NCBI GenBank assembly: GCA_024679065.1
Contig: JAGIQG010000019.1
Location: 49,290,001 to 49,354,000, forward strand
Source of the DNA: Sphyrna mokarran
Lineage: Eukaryota
DNA length: 64,000 bases
Direction: 5' to 3'
This document shows, piece after piece, positions 10,291 to 24,325 of the stretch (the first letter of the stretch is position 1; each line of letters starts with the position of its first letter). The translations under genes were made by a program, and so were the position numbers. The notes beneath the pieces are model-generated. The model made no database searches and had not been told where the DNA came from. It worked only from the letters and a program-made list of their open reading frames with translations.

Positions 10291-11662
10291 GCCTAGGATT
10301 CTGAAATCCCTCTTATCCCACCCTGCAGGTGCTGACTCACAATATAATATGGACTCTCATATACATTGGTAATGCTGTGGAAATTTGCCTAAGTAATGTT
10401 GGAGATGGGATGGGAACGCTCACTGTGAGTTTTGTAGCTGTCCGCGCTACCCTCACTTAGTTGCTATGTCAATTGTGGTCAGCATTCCCACCTCCCAGGC
10501 CACACACTGTGGGTCTGAGACCTGGCACAGTAACCTGGGTCAGAAATCAAGGTCGACAGGGAGTGCTGCACAGTCAGAGGTGCTGCCTATTGAAAAGGCA
10601 TTAAACTGAAGCCCGGGCTGGAGTTTTTAATTTTGGATCAGGATTCGGGTTGCCAGTTCCGAGTTCCAACCACCCCTCACCATCCCTTCCACCCCCAACC
10701 AACCTCTCACCCCTCAAGTGTGCAGGGCCATGGAGAGAAGGCAGGGGAGTGGAGTGAGGTGAATGGCTTATGAGGAGGGCTGGCACAGACACGATGGGCC
10801 AAATGGCCTCTTTCTGTGCTCTATCAATTCTGTGAATCTGACAACAGATGCGTTCTGTTGACATAAACTGAAGTGATTCCACCCGTACAGTTTAAGCTAA
10901 GTCCCACTGAGACCTTGCTCCAGATTTCGATCCCATCTCACAGGTCACAACAGCACTGCAGTGGGAGGAGGGGGTCGATCAGGTTAAGAGGAAAGAAAGT
11001 CAGACTTACTGCCCTCGATCTAATTGGTGCCCTCAATATTACAGTGCTTGTTCTATCTTGTGCATGAGGTAATGTAAAACCACAATTAACACAGCGAGCT
11101 TCAGATCCCTCAGCGAGAAAGTTCATCCAAAATACAGAGAAAGGTATATTTTGTTGTCTAGATCTCGGCAGTATCCCAGACAGGATGTCACATTCCCCCC
11201 AAGGGGCTTTGACTTAATACCCTGTCAAAATAGCAGGGTATAATTATTGCTGCGGTTTCACGTCTCAATCTCACCGTTTGTCACTGCAGGTGACTCCAGG
11301 CTCAATCCAATTTACCAACCTGTCACATTAACGGTTTGCACAAAGTATTTCATTGGCTGGGTTAGGTAGAGTACTGATCGATGTTGGAGGTGTGTAAACT
11401 TCCTATTCCTGGAACACTTAAACATGCAGGGAGTATTCCAAACAAGAGGTCAAATCTGCTCACTCGTACAGCCAAAGCCTCCAGCCTGATGGGCCAAGCG
11501 CTAGGATTGGTGCAGTCAGATGTTTGTTAGCTGGCATGGACATGATGGGCAGAATGGTCTTCTTCTGTGAAATGTCTATGAATCTCTGACTCATGAGCGT
11601 ACCTGTGTCTGGCTGCCTGTGTGCTTTGACTGTGATATCAGGAGGAACTCTCTACATTATAG

Positions 11663-11925
11663 CAGCACACTGGCACAATAGTTAGCACTACTGCCTCACA
11701 GCACCCGGGACTTGGGTTCAATTCCCAGCATGAATCGCTGACTATGTGAATTCTGCATATTCTCCCCATGTCAGTGTGGGTTTCCTCCCACAGTCCGAAA
11801 GACGTGCTGGTTAGAGTGCACTGGCTGTGCTAAATTCTCCCTCAGTGTACCGAACAGGTGCCACAGTAACTTCATAGCAATGTTAATGTAAGCCTACTTG
11901 TGACACTAATAAATAAACTTTAAAC
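11663..11925 (+). mobile_element. HE1-head SINE, B tail
   Basis: Matches 1553-1825. Confidence 0.85.
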
Positions 11926-12359
11926 TTAAGGCAATAATACACAAAAATCACACTTTGCTGGGTTTGATTGAATTGACTCTTCCCCCAGGAGTCACAATAA
12001 ACTCTGCTTTTCACCCTGGGGGGGGAGGGCAGAACTTGTGGTGGGTCCTTATTACCTTCCAACGCTCATCCACAAACGGAGAAGCTGCTAGATCAATTTT
12101 CAATCTGAGATTGATAGATTATTAATGGATATAGAGTAAGCACCAGTATGTGGAGGAATGATGTAGCTTGGTGAAGCTTTAGAATGCATCCCAAGGGATG
12201 TTTTGTTATGTCAATGGCGCTATATAAATTCAATGAATGGCAAAACAAAAATATAGAAACTAGAAGCAGGAGGAGGCCATTCGGCCAGCATTTATTACCC
12301 ATTCCTGAGGGCAGTTAGGAGTCAACCACATTGATGTGGATCTGGAGTCACACAGAGGT

Positions 12360-13084
12360 CATAGAGGTTTTCAGCACAAAACAGACCTTTTGGCCCATTT
12401 TTTCCACGCTGCCCTTTCTTTTTTAAAACCCTTAAGATAATCCCAATTGCCCGCATTTGGCCCATATCCCTCTGTATCCATTTTATCCATGTAACTATCT
12501 AAATGCTTTTTAAAAGACAAAATTGTACCCACCCCTACTACTACCTCTGGCAGCTTGTTCCAGACACTCACCACCCTCTGTGTGGAAAAATTGCCTCTCT
12601 GGACACTTTTGTATCTCTCCCCTCTCACCTTAAACCTATGCCCTCTAGTTTTAGGCTCCCCTACCTTTGGGAAAAGATATTGACTATCTAGCTGATCTGT
12701 GCCCATCATTATTTTATAGACCTCTATAAGATCACCCCTCAAGTCTCCTATGCTCCAGCGAAAAAAGTCCCAGTCTATCCAGCGTCTCCTTATAACTCAA
12801 TCCATCAAGTCCCAGTTGCATCCTAGTAAATCTTTTCTGCACCCTTTCCAATTTAATAATATCCTTTCTATAATAGGATAACTGGAATTGCATACAGTGG
12901 CCTTATCAATGTCTTGTACAATTTCAACAAGACATCCTAACTCCTGTATTCAATTTTCTGACCGATGAAACCAAGCATGCCGAATGCCTTCTTCACCACT
13001 CTGTCCACCTGTGACTCCACTTTTAAGGAGCTATGAACACGTACCCCTAGATCTCTTTGTTCTGTAACTCTCCCCACTGCCCTA
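12360..13084 (-). mobile_element. CR1 LINE 3' fragment
   Basis: ORF 12371-12742 reads RGDLIEVYKIM...TRGHRFKV...QRVVSVWNKLP. Confidence 0.9.
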
Positions 13085-13401
13085 ATATTGGCTTGGCCTG
13101 TAAAATCTCACTAACTATCCTGTCTGGAGACAATACAACCTCCTTGATCTGTACTTAACCCTCTCCATTCACATTGTCTATATCTTCAAGACATGATAAT
13201 TTGTAAAGATTCACATTCCAACCATTATCTTGTAAATTGAGTTTGTATATACCCCGTTTATGAATACAAATCCTCACTCCCCTGAGAAGCAGCGAGACTC
13301 CGAAAGCTTGTGCTACTAAATAAACCTGTTGGACTTTAACCTGCTGTTGTGAGATTTCTTATTGTGCCCACCCCAGTCCAATGCTGGCATCTCAACATCA
13401 T
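13085..13401 (+). mobile_element. Penelope-like 3' end/terminal repeat with degenerate hammerhead
   Basis: Similar to the reverse complement of 56362-56650; core cCTGAGAAgcagcgagactccGAAAGCTTgtg at 13281-13312 lacks one core base. Confidence 0.75.
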
Positions 13402-13519
13402 TTCTTGTGTTTAATCAGGGGATGAAAAGAGATGTTTGGATGAATTCTCCTTCTCAGACTTTCTTCACAACTTTTCACCAACTCTTCTATATCTGTCTAC
13501 CTTTAGACCAGGTGAGTGG

Positions 13520-13750
13520 GGGTTGGTTTAATTCAGTTGGCTAGACGGCTGGTTTGTGATGCAGAGCAATGCCAACAGCACGGGTTCAATTCCCACACCG
13601 GTTGAGGTTATCAAAAAGGCCCTGCCTTCTCAACCTTGCCTGTCGAGTGAGGTGTGGTCACCCTCAGGTTAAATCACTGCCAGTCAGCTTTCCCGCTTAA
13701 AGGGAAGAACAGCCTATGGTTATCTGGGACAATGGCTTTACTTACTTTAG
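13520..13750 (+). mobile_element. Third tRNA-derived SINE family
   Basis: tcagttggctaga...gggttcaattccc A/B boxes; related copy at ~23385-23580 on the minus strand. Confidence 0.6.
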
Positions 13751-14247
13751 ATACCATAAATAGCTTTCTGCTTTCATGCAGATTCTCCCCGTATGCTCGT
13801 AATGAAGTTGTTCTAACAATCTCTCCAAATCTTGGTGGAATAATGACTCTGAAATCCCTCCAGAGACAGCCATGTCAGCACCCAGTTCATTTCCATGTGT
13901 AAAATTTAAGATAGCAATTCGTGACATAATTGAACACTTTACTGAGTGACACATAGAACATAGAGCATAGAACAATACAGCACAGAACAGGCCCTTCGGC
14001 CTTCGATGTTGTGCCGACCAAAATAAAAAGCAATGCCCCTTTGAGTTTTTTGACAAGTTTCTCCAGCAGACACTGGCTTTTCAGTTCTATTTGTGAACTA
14101 ATTTCCAGCTAGCTTAATGGCTAAAAACCAATCTTTCTTCATGGGAAATCTTAACACATTCTTGGCATTTCAGTGATCTGCTGACTCGCTATTTAATATC
14201 ATATTGATGGCCCTCCCTGCTCAAAGACCACTTCATTTAACAATTCA

Positions 14248-15372
14248 TAGAATTAGAGAATGCCTATAGTGCAGAAGGCCATTCTGCCTATCAAACCTGC
14301 ACTGACAACTAGCCCATTAAGACCCTATCGCTGTAACCCCATGAATTCACCCTGATACTAAGGGGCAATTTAGCATGACCAATCTATGTAATTAGCGTAT
14401 TTTTGGACTGTGGAAGGAAACCAGAGCACCCAGAGGAAACGCACGCAGACACAGGGAGAACATGCACACTCCACACAAACATTGACCCGAGGCCAGAAAT
14501 GAAGCCGGGTTCCTGTGCCCCCACAACCTGTGTGTTAGACACACTCTGACCGATCCCTGCTCATCCCAGTTTAACTGTATTTTCTGAAGCCAATTACTTT
14601 CCATCAAGAAAATTGTGTACCTTCCTACTATTGCCAATAACAATTAATAGGAAGCATCACTATATTCCACCTAATACTAACTTCACCCAATTCTGGAATA
14701 CAGTTATTGGAATAACTACTCAGTTTCACACCAGTTTGGGGGTGAGAGAATGGCTGCATCAATAATAAAGATTTTATTGTGATTGCTGGAATTATAACTT
14801 GTGGGCCAAAGGGCCTGTTTGTGCTCTAGTGTTCTATATAGGAGTCCCTACAGTGCAGAAGGAGACCATTTGGCCCATGAAACCTGCACTGCCGCCTCAC
14901 GACACTAGCAGACCCAGGTACGATTCCCAGCTTGGGTCACTGTCTATATGAAATTTGCACGTTCTCCCTGTGCCTGCGTGGGTTTCCTACAAATGCCCCT
15001 GTTTCTTCCCACAGTCCAAAGATGTGCCGGTTAAGTGCACTGACCCAGACAGTGCCAGAGTATAGCGACTAGGGGAATTTCACAATAACTTTATTGCAAT
15101 GTTAATGTAAGCCTTATTTGCGATTAATACTAAATAAATTTCAATATTTGTCCTGCTAATCTACCTGATACTAAAGGCAATGTAGCATAGCTGATCCACC
15201 TAACCTGTACGTTTTTTGGACTGTGGGAGGAAACCAGAGCTCCTGGAGGAAACCCACACCAACATGGGGAGAATGTGCAAACTCCACACAGACAGTGACC
15301 CAAGTCTGGAATTGAACCCGGGTCCCTGATGCTGTGAGGCAGCAGTGCTAACTGCTGTTCCACCGTGCTGCC
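14248..15372. mobile_element. Cluster of HE1 SINEs (14248-14520 -, 14890-15140 + B tail, 15145-15372 -) and isolated tail fragments
   Basis: Repeated HE1 body motifs. Confidence 0.8.
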
Positions 15373-16682
15373 CTTTCTGTTCTATATTGTACCAAAACTA
15401 AAAACTGCTCGGCTGCAGGCAGTTACGATTGAACTAACTTTATTTACACCTTCTCCTTCAATAGAGAGGGCAGGAGTTGTGTTCACAAACAGCACATATA
15501 GGCACTCAATTTACAAGATAGTGATAGTGAATGCAATGCTCCGAAACTTTGTGCTACCCAACAGACAGAGGAGCAAAAAAAGACAGGTAATGAACTGCCA
15601 GACCCTGCAATATATTTTATTGCTACAGCTCAGTGTGGGAACTAAATGCCAATCTTTTTAAGCTTTTTTCAATAAGATATTTGTAGCTTCCAATCAGTTT
15701 TGTTCTTCCTATCCACTTTATCAGAGGTTTACAAGTCTGTTTAGTGTCCATCGTACTGATGAATCTCGACACTATTGCATTTACAAACTGTAGTGCATTG
15801 TTTAAAACAAGCGGGAATGCGTGTGGTTTATTCACCGATCTGTGCTGAAGTCACCAATTGCAACTACAATGACAGTAACCATGCTCTAGCTGGTTACTGG
15901 GCTGGGGTGGAGGGAGGGAGCCCCAGGGTCTCAATCCGAATGCTTATCACAAGGCAGAAACTGGATGTGTTCAGGTGTCGTGTAAGGTCAGGCTATTCTT
16001 CCCCAGATGTGAAACCTGTCAACACTCATCGCCAAGACTCAGGACAGTCACATTACTGAGCTACAGAAGGATTGCTGGCACTCTCAGACCTTTCACTCAG
16101 TGTCAGTCACTGCATTAGGAGGGGGCTAATTAACTTACAATAGAATCCTCTCAGCTAAATGGTGCTTACAAATCCCCACACTGTCAATTGGCAGCTGTAC
16201 CTCTATCCCTTACCATTGAGGTTAATTTGAAGATTACCACTAGAGGAATGTGTCCTCTAGACTACATTACCTCTGAGATTTGGTTAATATCCACAAAGTT
16301 TTGAATGGGCCCGTGTTAGCACCATGACAGGACAATAACTATCTGAAGTTGTGATGTAGATGTTTGCTATTTTTGGTATTTGTTTGCACAACGGCATTTT
16401 GTTCCCAAGCTGATCCTCAATTCACTGATTTCCTTCCCATTTGCGGAGATTGTGAGTGGGAATATTGTGGCCTTGCTTGTCCCAAAACTGGAAAATCCTG
16501 CCCAAGGTCAATGGACATTCCCATTGTCCATCCTTTTCCTGCCCCAAATACCGTGGCGGGCTGGCTAGTAAAATTCCAGCCACAATTCCTGGCCATTGGA
16601 CACAAAGTCCATCCATTGATTCTCTGGATTTACAAAATATTGATGTTTTGTTCCTCTCTGAGCCTCAGCAACATCAAGAACT

Positions 16683-17400
16683 TGATTTGGTTTATGATTA
16701 TGACATGTATTAACACATGGTAAAAAGTATTATTTCTTGCACATTATACAAACGAAGCATACCTTTCATAGAGAAGGAAATGAGAGAGTGCAGAATGTAG
16801 TGCTACAGTCAAAGCTGGGGGATAGAGAAAGATCAACATAATGCAAGATAGGTACGTTCAAAAATCTGATGGTAGCAGGGAAGAAGCTGTTCTTCAGTCA
16901 ATTGGTACACGACCTCAGACTTTTGTATCTTTTTCCCAAAGGTAGAAGGTGGAAGAGAGAGTGTCCGGGGAGAGTGGGGTCCTTAATTATGCGGGCTGCT
17001 TTTTCAAGGCAGTGGGAAGTGTAGACAGAGTCAATAGATGGGAGATGGTTTGCATGATGGATTGGGCTACATTCATGATCCTTTGTAGTTTTTTTTGCAG
17101 TTTTGGGTAGAGCAGAAGCCATACCAAACTGTGATACAACCAGAAAGAATGCTTTCTGTGGTGCATTTGTAAAAGTTGGTGAGAGTCATAGCTGACACGC
17201 CAAATCTCCTTAGTCTTCTGAGAAAGTTGAGTCATTGGTGGGCTTTCTTAACTATACTGTCAGCATGCGGGGGTCCAGGATAGATTGTTGATGATCTGCA
17301 CACATGAAAACTTGAAGCTCTCAAACCTTTCTACTTCGCCCCCATTGATGTAGCCAGGGGCATGTTCTCCTTTACACTTCCTGAAGTGGATGATCTGCAT
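16683..17400 (-). mobile_element. Rex1/Babar-like non-LTR retrotransposon 3' fragment
   Basis: Peptide remnants ..VERFESFKF.., KAARIIKDPTLPGHSLFHLLPLGKRYKSLRS; tail ...catgtcataatcataaaccaaatcaa. Confidence 0.8.
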
Positions 17401-17809
17401 TGTCTTGGCAGCATATATAATATCAGTAATTAAAAGGAGACTCCTTGGAAGGCTCCCTGTGATCACATTTGACAAATTAGACGTTAATGCTTTTTACGTT
17501 GCTATTATCTAATGGCCTATCATGTACATGTGGAGGGCAAGCCTGTTCTTGAGTTCCTCCAGTAACTGAGGCACAAACAGGATCATGAACACACCAAAAA
17601 AACTTTAGAACCCAACAGAATTTCAGTCCTGGCACATGCTGTCTTTTCCAACTGGAGTTACAAATGTCGGAACGTTACCGGGAATTCTATATGTCTGCTG
17701 AAATAAAACATGATTGGGACAATCACTAGGCACAGTGAGAAGGTCAAGGTAACTCCGGAGTGTGACAACTTCTTGCAAACTGTGTAAAGCATAACTTCTA
17801 ATTCTATCT

Positions 17810-17955
17810 TTTACTCTCGTTCTATGACTGTAACTCTACATTCTGCATCCTCTCCTTTCCTTCTCTATGAACAGTATGCTCTGTCTGTATAGTGTGCAAG
17901 AAACAATACTTCTCACTGTATGCTAATGCATGTGACAAAAATAAATCAAATCCAA
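17810..17955 (+). mobile_element. Rex1/Babar-like 3' tail fragment
   Basis: aacaatacttctcactgtatgctaatgcatgtgacaaaaataaatcaaatc; another copy at 46595-46745. Confidence 0.7.
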
Positions 17956-18754
17956 TCGAAGTGCTGGCTCAGCCCTCGTGCATATTCAGTGCTGATTTGG
18001 AACACCCACTGAAATGTTAGAATGGGGATTAGACACGGCCATCGCAAAATACTCATCAACATCTGGGAACACAAACCAACCAGATGAATGTTGTTTTTAA
18101 TTTGAATGTCATCCTGTCAGGCAGTAAGGATGGATTGCAGCTTTATTTATGCAAGCTCTTTCTCCGTTAAGTCTTTGACAAGCTGAGTTACAATTTACTT
18201 ACAGTCACTAATAAAACTGGATTCAAAACTGTCAAACCTTCCTTTTTGAATGTATTGCCTGGTATCTATTCCGCCAAGTTAACTAAAACAGAGTGAACTA
18301 ACAAAAATTAAATTCATAGAATCTTCGAAATGACAGGATGGAAGCAGCCATTTGGCCGTTACTACCCTGCCAGCCCAAAAGCTTCAACAAGAGCAACCAA
18401 TTCAGATCAAACTCCTCTTCCACAAAAACTTTCCTGTATCTTTTTTTCAAATCTTTCGCTAATTCCCTTGTAGTTTCACTGCAAAGCATTCTATTTCCAG
18501 TGAATAAATTCACCTGAACTTTTACTAGCGAAAGCCTCAGTAAGTCTGAGTCTTTGTTGCTAACTCACCAATTAGCCACTGTTTGTCCTCTCAAAACCTT
18601 TTATTGCCATGATATGTCCTCATTTTCAAAGCTCTACTGAAAAGACCCAGTTCGTTCTGTCTTTCTTCACATTTATAAACCTTTTATGAACCTTTACTGA
18701 GCACCTTCCACACTTCCCGTAACAGGATGCCCAAAATTGCAAGATGGTCAACAT

Positions 18755-19046
18755 AGAAGAATCCATAGAATCCCCACAGTGCAGAAGGAGGCCATTCGGC
18801 CCATCGAGTCTGCACTGACCACAATCCCACAAAGGCCCTCTCCCTGTAACTCCATGCATTTACTCTAGTTAGTCCCCTGACACTAAGAGGCAATTAAGCA
18901 TGACCAATCAACCTAATCTGTACATCTCTGCGAGGAAACTGGAGCACCTGGAGGAAATCCACAGTGACAACGGAAGACTCCACACGGACAGAACTGAACC
19001 TGGGTCCTGGCACTGTGAAGCAGCAGTGCTAACCACTGTGTCGCCC
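18755..19046 (-). mobile_element. HE1 SINE
   Basis: Consensus match. Confidence 0.85.
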
Positions 19047-19836
19047 CACTATGAGATGATGTGAAATCTAAGGCCAGAGAGAGAATATAATTGGTAACTG
19101 CAAGATGCCAAATCCAAACCCCCAGAAAGGGTAACTCAGCGTGAGGTCGGAGCTAAGCTCATGGTTTGAGTTGTCAGGCTTTCTTTCCTGATGATCAATT
19201 CAATCGAATACGTTAGAATCAGCTCCAAAGCGAACAACTCAAAGCGGCTAAGGCTCAATTTCTGTCTACACAATTTTAATTGTGTTCACAATTTACAGCA
19301 GACAAAACGACTACACGCATTAAATCACAGGACCATTCCAGAGAGAAGACTATTCTAAACACTACTCACTGTTCATAGCCCTATTTACCTGCCGTATAAA
19401 TCAGATGGATACAACACTAAACCACAAAGATGTAAAATAATCTGAGCACATAAGACATTCTTTCATTCTCAGAGGAGTAAACTGAAAGCAAATTAAAATA
19501 TTAAGTGGACGCGCAAGGGAGATTTTTGTTATTAATTTCAAGTTTGAGATTAAATGTTTATTCAGAACAGAGTTGTGGTTTGAAAGGATGCAGCAGTATT
19601 GAGGAGATGGGCAGCTACTGTACTTGTGTCTCTGCACACTCACACCTCATGGCCCTGATGTCTCCCAGCCTTACAGGTATGGATGTCATTGTTCTCGCTT
19701 TCAGTTACTGACTTATGAAACATGCCAGCACTTGCTGCCCTGCCGGACCAGTATTGCTGGCACATAAACTGGGGAAGGCAGTGGTGCAGTGGTAACATCA
19801 CTCAACACATATTCTAAAGGCCCAACCTTATCCTCT

Positions 19837-20033
19837 CAGCACAGTCAGAAATCTCACAACGGCAGGTTAAAGTCCAACAGGTTTATCTGGAATCGTGAGC
19901 TTTCGCAGCATGATTTACCTGGTGAAGGGGCAGCATTCTGAAAGCTTGTCATTCCTAATAAACCTGTTGGACTTTAACCTGGGTGTTGTGAGACTTCTTA
20001 TTGTGCCCACCCCAGTCTAGGCATCACAACATC
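19837..20033. mobile_element. Fold-back (inverted) Penelope terminal-repeat insertion with 7-bp TSD
   Basis: Arms ~19841-19910 and ~19931-20005 are reverse complements; ATCCTCT duplicated at 19830-19836 and 20034-20040; interrupts a tRNA-SINE. Confidence 0.78.
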
Positions 20034-20254
20034 ATCCTCTGAGGACAGGGAGTCAAGTGCCACCATGACAGTTGGTGGAATGCAAATTAAATTGTTTTTC
20101 TAAAAAAAATCTCAGAAATCATCATAAAACCCATTTGCTTCGGTCCTCTTGGAAAGAAAATCTGCTGTCCTTACCTGGTTTGGCCGACATCAATGTAGGC
20201 CTTTAACTACCCTTAACACTCGGTTCAAAGGCAATCTGGGATGGGAAATAATTG

Positions 20255-20552
20255 TGGCACAGTGATCATCACTGCCGCCTCACAGCTCCAGTGACTTGGG
20301 TTCGATTCCCAGTCTTGGGTCACTGTCTGTGTGGAGTTTGCACATTCTTCCCGTGTCTGCATGGGTTTCCTCTAAGTGCTCTGGTTTTCTCCTCCAGTCC
20401 AAAGATGAGCAGATGAGGGGGAAATTGGCCATGCTAAATATCTCGGGTTGTGGGGATAGGTTGGGGGAGAGGGCTGGGTGAAATACTCTGTCAGAGAGTT
20501 GGTGCAGGCTCGATGGGCTGAATGGTCTCTTCTGCAATCTGTAGGGATTCTA
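20255..20552 (+). mobile_element. HE1 SINE
   Basis: Consensus match. Confidence 0.85.
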
Positions 20553-20714
20553 GCATTGTTCTGACAAAATGCTGGTCTTTCGCTGACACCCACATCCTAC
20601 AAATAATTGAGATAAAAAGGTCCAATGAGATTCTAAATAATCTTTAGCAGCAAATGTACGAGATGTGGGAATTAATTTTTTAGTGAGTGGACATTTGACG
20701 CATTGACTAGAAAT

Positions 20715-21990
20715 ATAAAGAACGAAAGAAAATACAGTACTGTAACAGGCTAAAAAACTGCTGCCCTCACTGTCCGTATCCCTCCACTCCCTCCTTATTC
20801 AGGTACCCATCTAGATGATTCTCTAATGTTGCTAACGTGCCTCCGCTCGCACCGCGTTCCAGGCAGCCACCACTGTCGGTGTGAAAAACTTCCCCTGCAC
20901 ATCTCCCTTAAACTTTCCCCCTCTCACCTTGAACCTGGGTCCACTTATAATTGACACTTCCATCCTGGAAAAAAGCTTCTCACTATGCCCCTTGTCTATG
21001 CCCCCCATCAGGTCTCCCCTTAGCCTCCAGTGAAAACAATCCTACAAAAGACTTGAAGAGCGTAATTAAATTTGTAAAGAGGAGATTGACCTATTCCCCA
21101 TCCCTATTCTACCAGGGTTTTATCGAGAAAGTTGCCAGAAACAAGTTTGTAAATCCCAGGTCTGATCCTCTACTCTGCAGTTCTGATATTAATGCACACC
21201 CATTACTGAAATCTTCATAAACCAGCCTTTATTTTTAAATGTTAATGTTCCAATTCCTCCTCTGTATAATATTCACAATCTTAGCAATATCTACAAAAAC
21301 AAACCCCATTCGTACAGAAAATATTGCACAATACCTACAGGAAATGAAATAAATATTCCATCAACTGTCTTGTCATTTATAGGATGTGAAATGATTATGA
21401 TGATGTGGTTGTCCAGTGATTTGCGTGGATTAATAGATACAAGGTAGGATATTATTTAGGGAATAATCAATATCTCACACTGACCTGGAGATGGAGGATG
21501 GTTCTGATTATGACAAGCCTTCCAATATCATCATTTTAATGGACAACTTTTATTGACTCACGATATTAATGTAACTCATGTTACTTCATAAACATATATC
21601 TCAGGCTGTCATTCATTCATTGCTTCAGAGCTCCACAGTGTGGACTGAAATCCAACGAGAGACTGCGACATTTGACACATTGACCCAAAATATAAATACA
21701 GCACAGGAACAGGCCCTTCGGCCCTCCAAGCTTGTGCTGATCATGATGCCCTAACTAAAGGGAAAAATCTTCTGCCCTTACTGACTCTATATCCCTCTAT
21801 TTCCTCCCTATCCATGTTCCCATCCAGATGCCTCTTAAATGTTGCTAAATGTGCCTGCTTCCATCACCTCCTCTGGCAGCGCAATCCAGGTACCCACCAC
21901 TCCCTGTGTGAAAAACTTCCCCCGCACATCTCCCTTAAACTTTCTCCCCTCTCATCTTGAACCTGTGCCCCTGGTATTTGACACTTCCAT
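20715..21990 (-). mobile_element. Two CR1 3' fragments (20715-21045, 21690-21990)
   Basis: aaaaacttccccc(t/g)cacatctcccttaaac CR1 motif in both. Confidence 0.75.
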
Positions 21991-23097
21991 CTTAATGTCC
22001 AAAGATGTGAAACACAAGAACGTAGCAGCCTGAGAGAGGCAATGTTTTGTTTTACGCCTATCAGTGAATCCAAGTGTGATGCTTAAAGGGCAGCACAGAT
22101 ATCGCAGCAGAATTCAGTCATGGAATAGATTGGATGGGGATTTGACAGATTGAAATGTGGCAAAACTTGGTCATTGCGATTGAACAGACAGAATAAGCCA
22201 ATGGAAGGAGGTTCTTTCCCAAGATCATTAAAATTAAAGTTCAAGTCACTAATGTCAGCTGCAATCTGTTCCTGGTTACGATTCCAGCAAGAATCAGGAC
22301 TTCAAAAAAAAAATCTGGCTGTAAAACATTTTCTTGACAAACCCCTTCCTATAATTTTTACTACATTCTTTTCCTTTCACCTCATTTGCCCCGATGTCAT
22401 CCAGTATTAAAGTGAAAGATTTTGCAGGCGGCAGTTTATTTGTGTTATTAACCACGATGAACTTTTTCTCAGATTCCTCTGACTGGAGGAAGTATTGGAG
22501 AACACTATTTGCTTTCTCAAGGCAGCAGCCACCTTTTCCATTCAGCCAGAAGAAAACCTTATCGAATTTATGTTCCGACTCTACAGAAGGAAAGACAAGG
22601 TTTGTACTTGAAACCAGATGTGTCTCAGTGGCACGGCCTGAACCAGCTCCATCCTCGGGCTAACAACTGTGGGCAACTCTCAATCATAAATTTCTTTAAA
22701 GGAAATGCATTGTAGAACGCCATTCACAAATATTTCAATCCACACCGTATGGACTGACTGGATATTTATTTATCCAGAAATATGACTGCATGACATCATA
22801 CATGCATTATGGAATAATGGAATTGAAGTGGACATTGAATGTTGTTCTGTTTTGACATTGAATTCCTTCTGAGGTGGGATTGTTTCATGATTCCACCAGA
22901 TAAGCAACAAGGGGGAAATCAGCAGTCTCCTCACAAGAGGGAGGTGGTGCTATGGTATTGTCAGTGGACTAATAATCTAGAGACCCAGGGTGATATTCTG
23001 GGATCCAGCGTTCAAAACCCACCATGGCAGATGGTGACATTTGGAATTCAAAGTGTAATGCTGTCCGTGAAACCATTGCTGATTGTCATAAAAACAG

Positions 23098-23375
23098 TTT
23101 GCACTGTTGCCTCAATGTCAGAGACCCGTGTTCAATTCCAGGTCACTGTCTGTCTTATTTGCACATTCTCTCTGTGTCTGTGTGGGTTTCCTCCGGGTGT
23201 CTGATTTTCTCCCACGCTCCAAAGATATGTGGTTAGGTTGATTGGCCATACCAAACAGCCCCTTAGTATCAGGGAATTAGCAGGGTAAATAGATTGAATT
23301 AAGAGGTCTGGGTGGAATTGTGGTTGGTGCAGACGCCATGGGCAGCTTCCTTCTGTACTGTAGGGATTCTATGAT
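23098..23375 (+). mobile_element. HE1 SINE
   Basis: Consensus match. Confidence 0.8.
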
Positions 23376-23849
23376 AATCAACGATGGTCCATGAGGATTC
23401 AGAGGCATCCTTCTCTGTTACAGAGGGAGAAGCTTGAGGGTCACCACTCTGCATGAAGCGTGGGTCAAGATCAAGAGGCAGTTCTCCATAAACCACCACG
23501 GCCAGCATAGGGACCCAACCCAAACCGCTGGTGTCACTCGGCACCAACATCCAGCCAATCAAGCCTATGGACCCCTGCCGACCTCTCACTAAGAAACTAG
23601 GGAAAGTGAAAAGCAAAGGAACGCTTAGTTATCCTGGCATATCTATTGGCTTGGAGTGAAGTCAAGCAGCTGTCCGTTTGCCCAACCTCGATCTTAGAAA
23701 TAAACAAATGTGGCAAAGGCAGGAAATAATTGAAGAAATGGTGAATGGGGTCAATGAAGATTTACATCTGACCAAAATATCCATCATTCTCTCTCATGAC
23801 AATAGCTCAATAATTTAAGCAGAAATCAGTTTTTCAGTTCATTACTTTA

Positions 23850-24325
23850 GACAGGATACAGAAGAGGTTTACCAGGATGTTGCTTGGGGTCTGGAAGGAA
23901 TTAGCTGAGAGGAGAGGTTGGATAAATTCGGTTTGTTCTCACTGGAACGATGGAAGTTGAGGGGTGACCTGATAGAAGTCTACAAGATTATGTGTGGCCT
24001 GGACAGAGTGATAATCAGAAGTTCTTTCCTAAGGGAGAAAAGTCAAGAAATAGCATATATAGATTTAAGGTGTGAGATAGAGTTTAAAAGGAGGTGTGCA
24101 AGGCAAGTTTTTTTTTACATAGAGAGTGGTGAATGCCTGGGACACACTGCTCGAGAATGTGGTGGGAGTGAATACAATAGCAGTATCTAAGAGGAATCTA
24201 GATGAATAGGATGGGTATGGAAGGATACGGACTCTGTAAGTGCATACGCTTTTAGTTTAGACATCATGATTGGTACAGGTTTGGAGGGCCATAGGGCTTG
24301 TTCCTGTGCTGCACTGCTCTTTGTA
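23850..24325 (+). mobile_element. CR1 LINE 3' fragment
   Basis: FGLFSLERWKLRGDLIEVYKIMCGLDRV. Confidence 0.9.
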
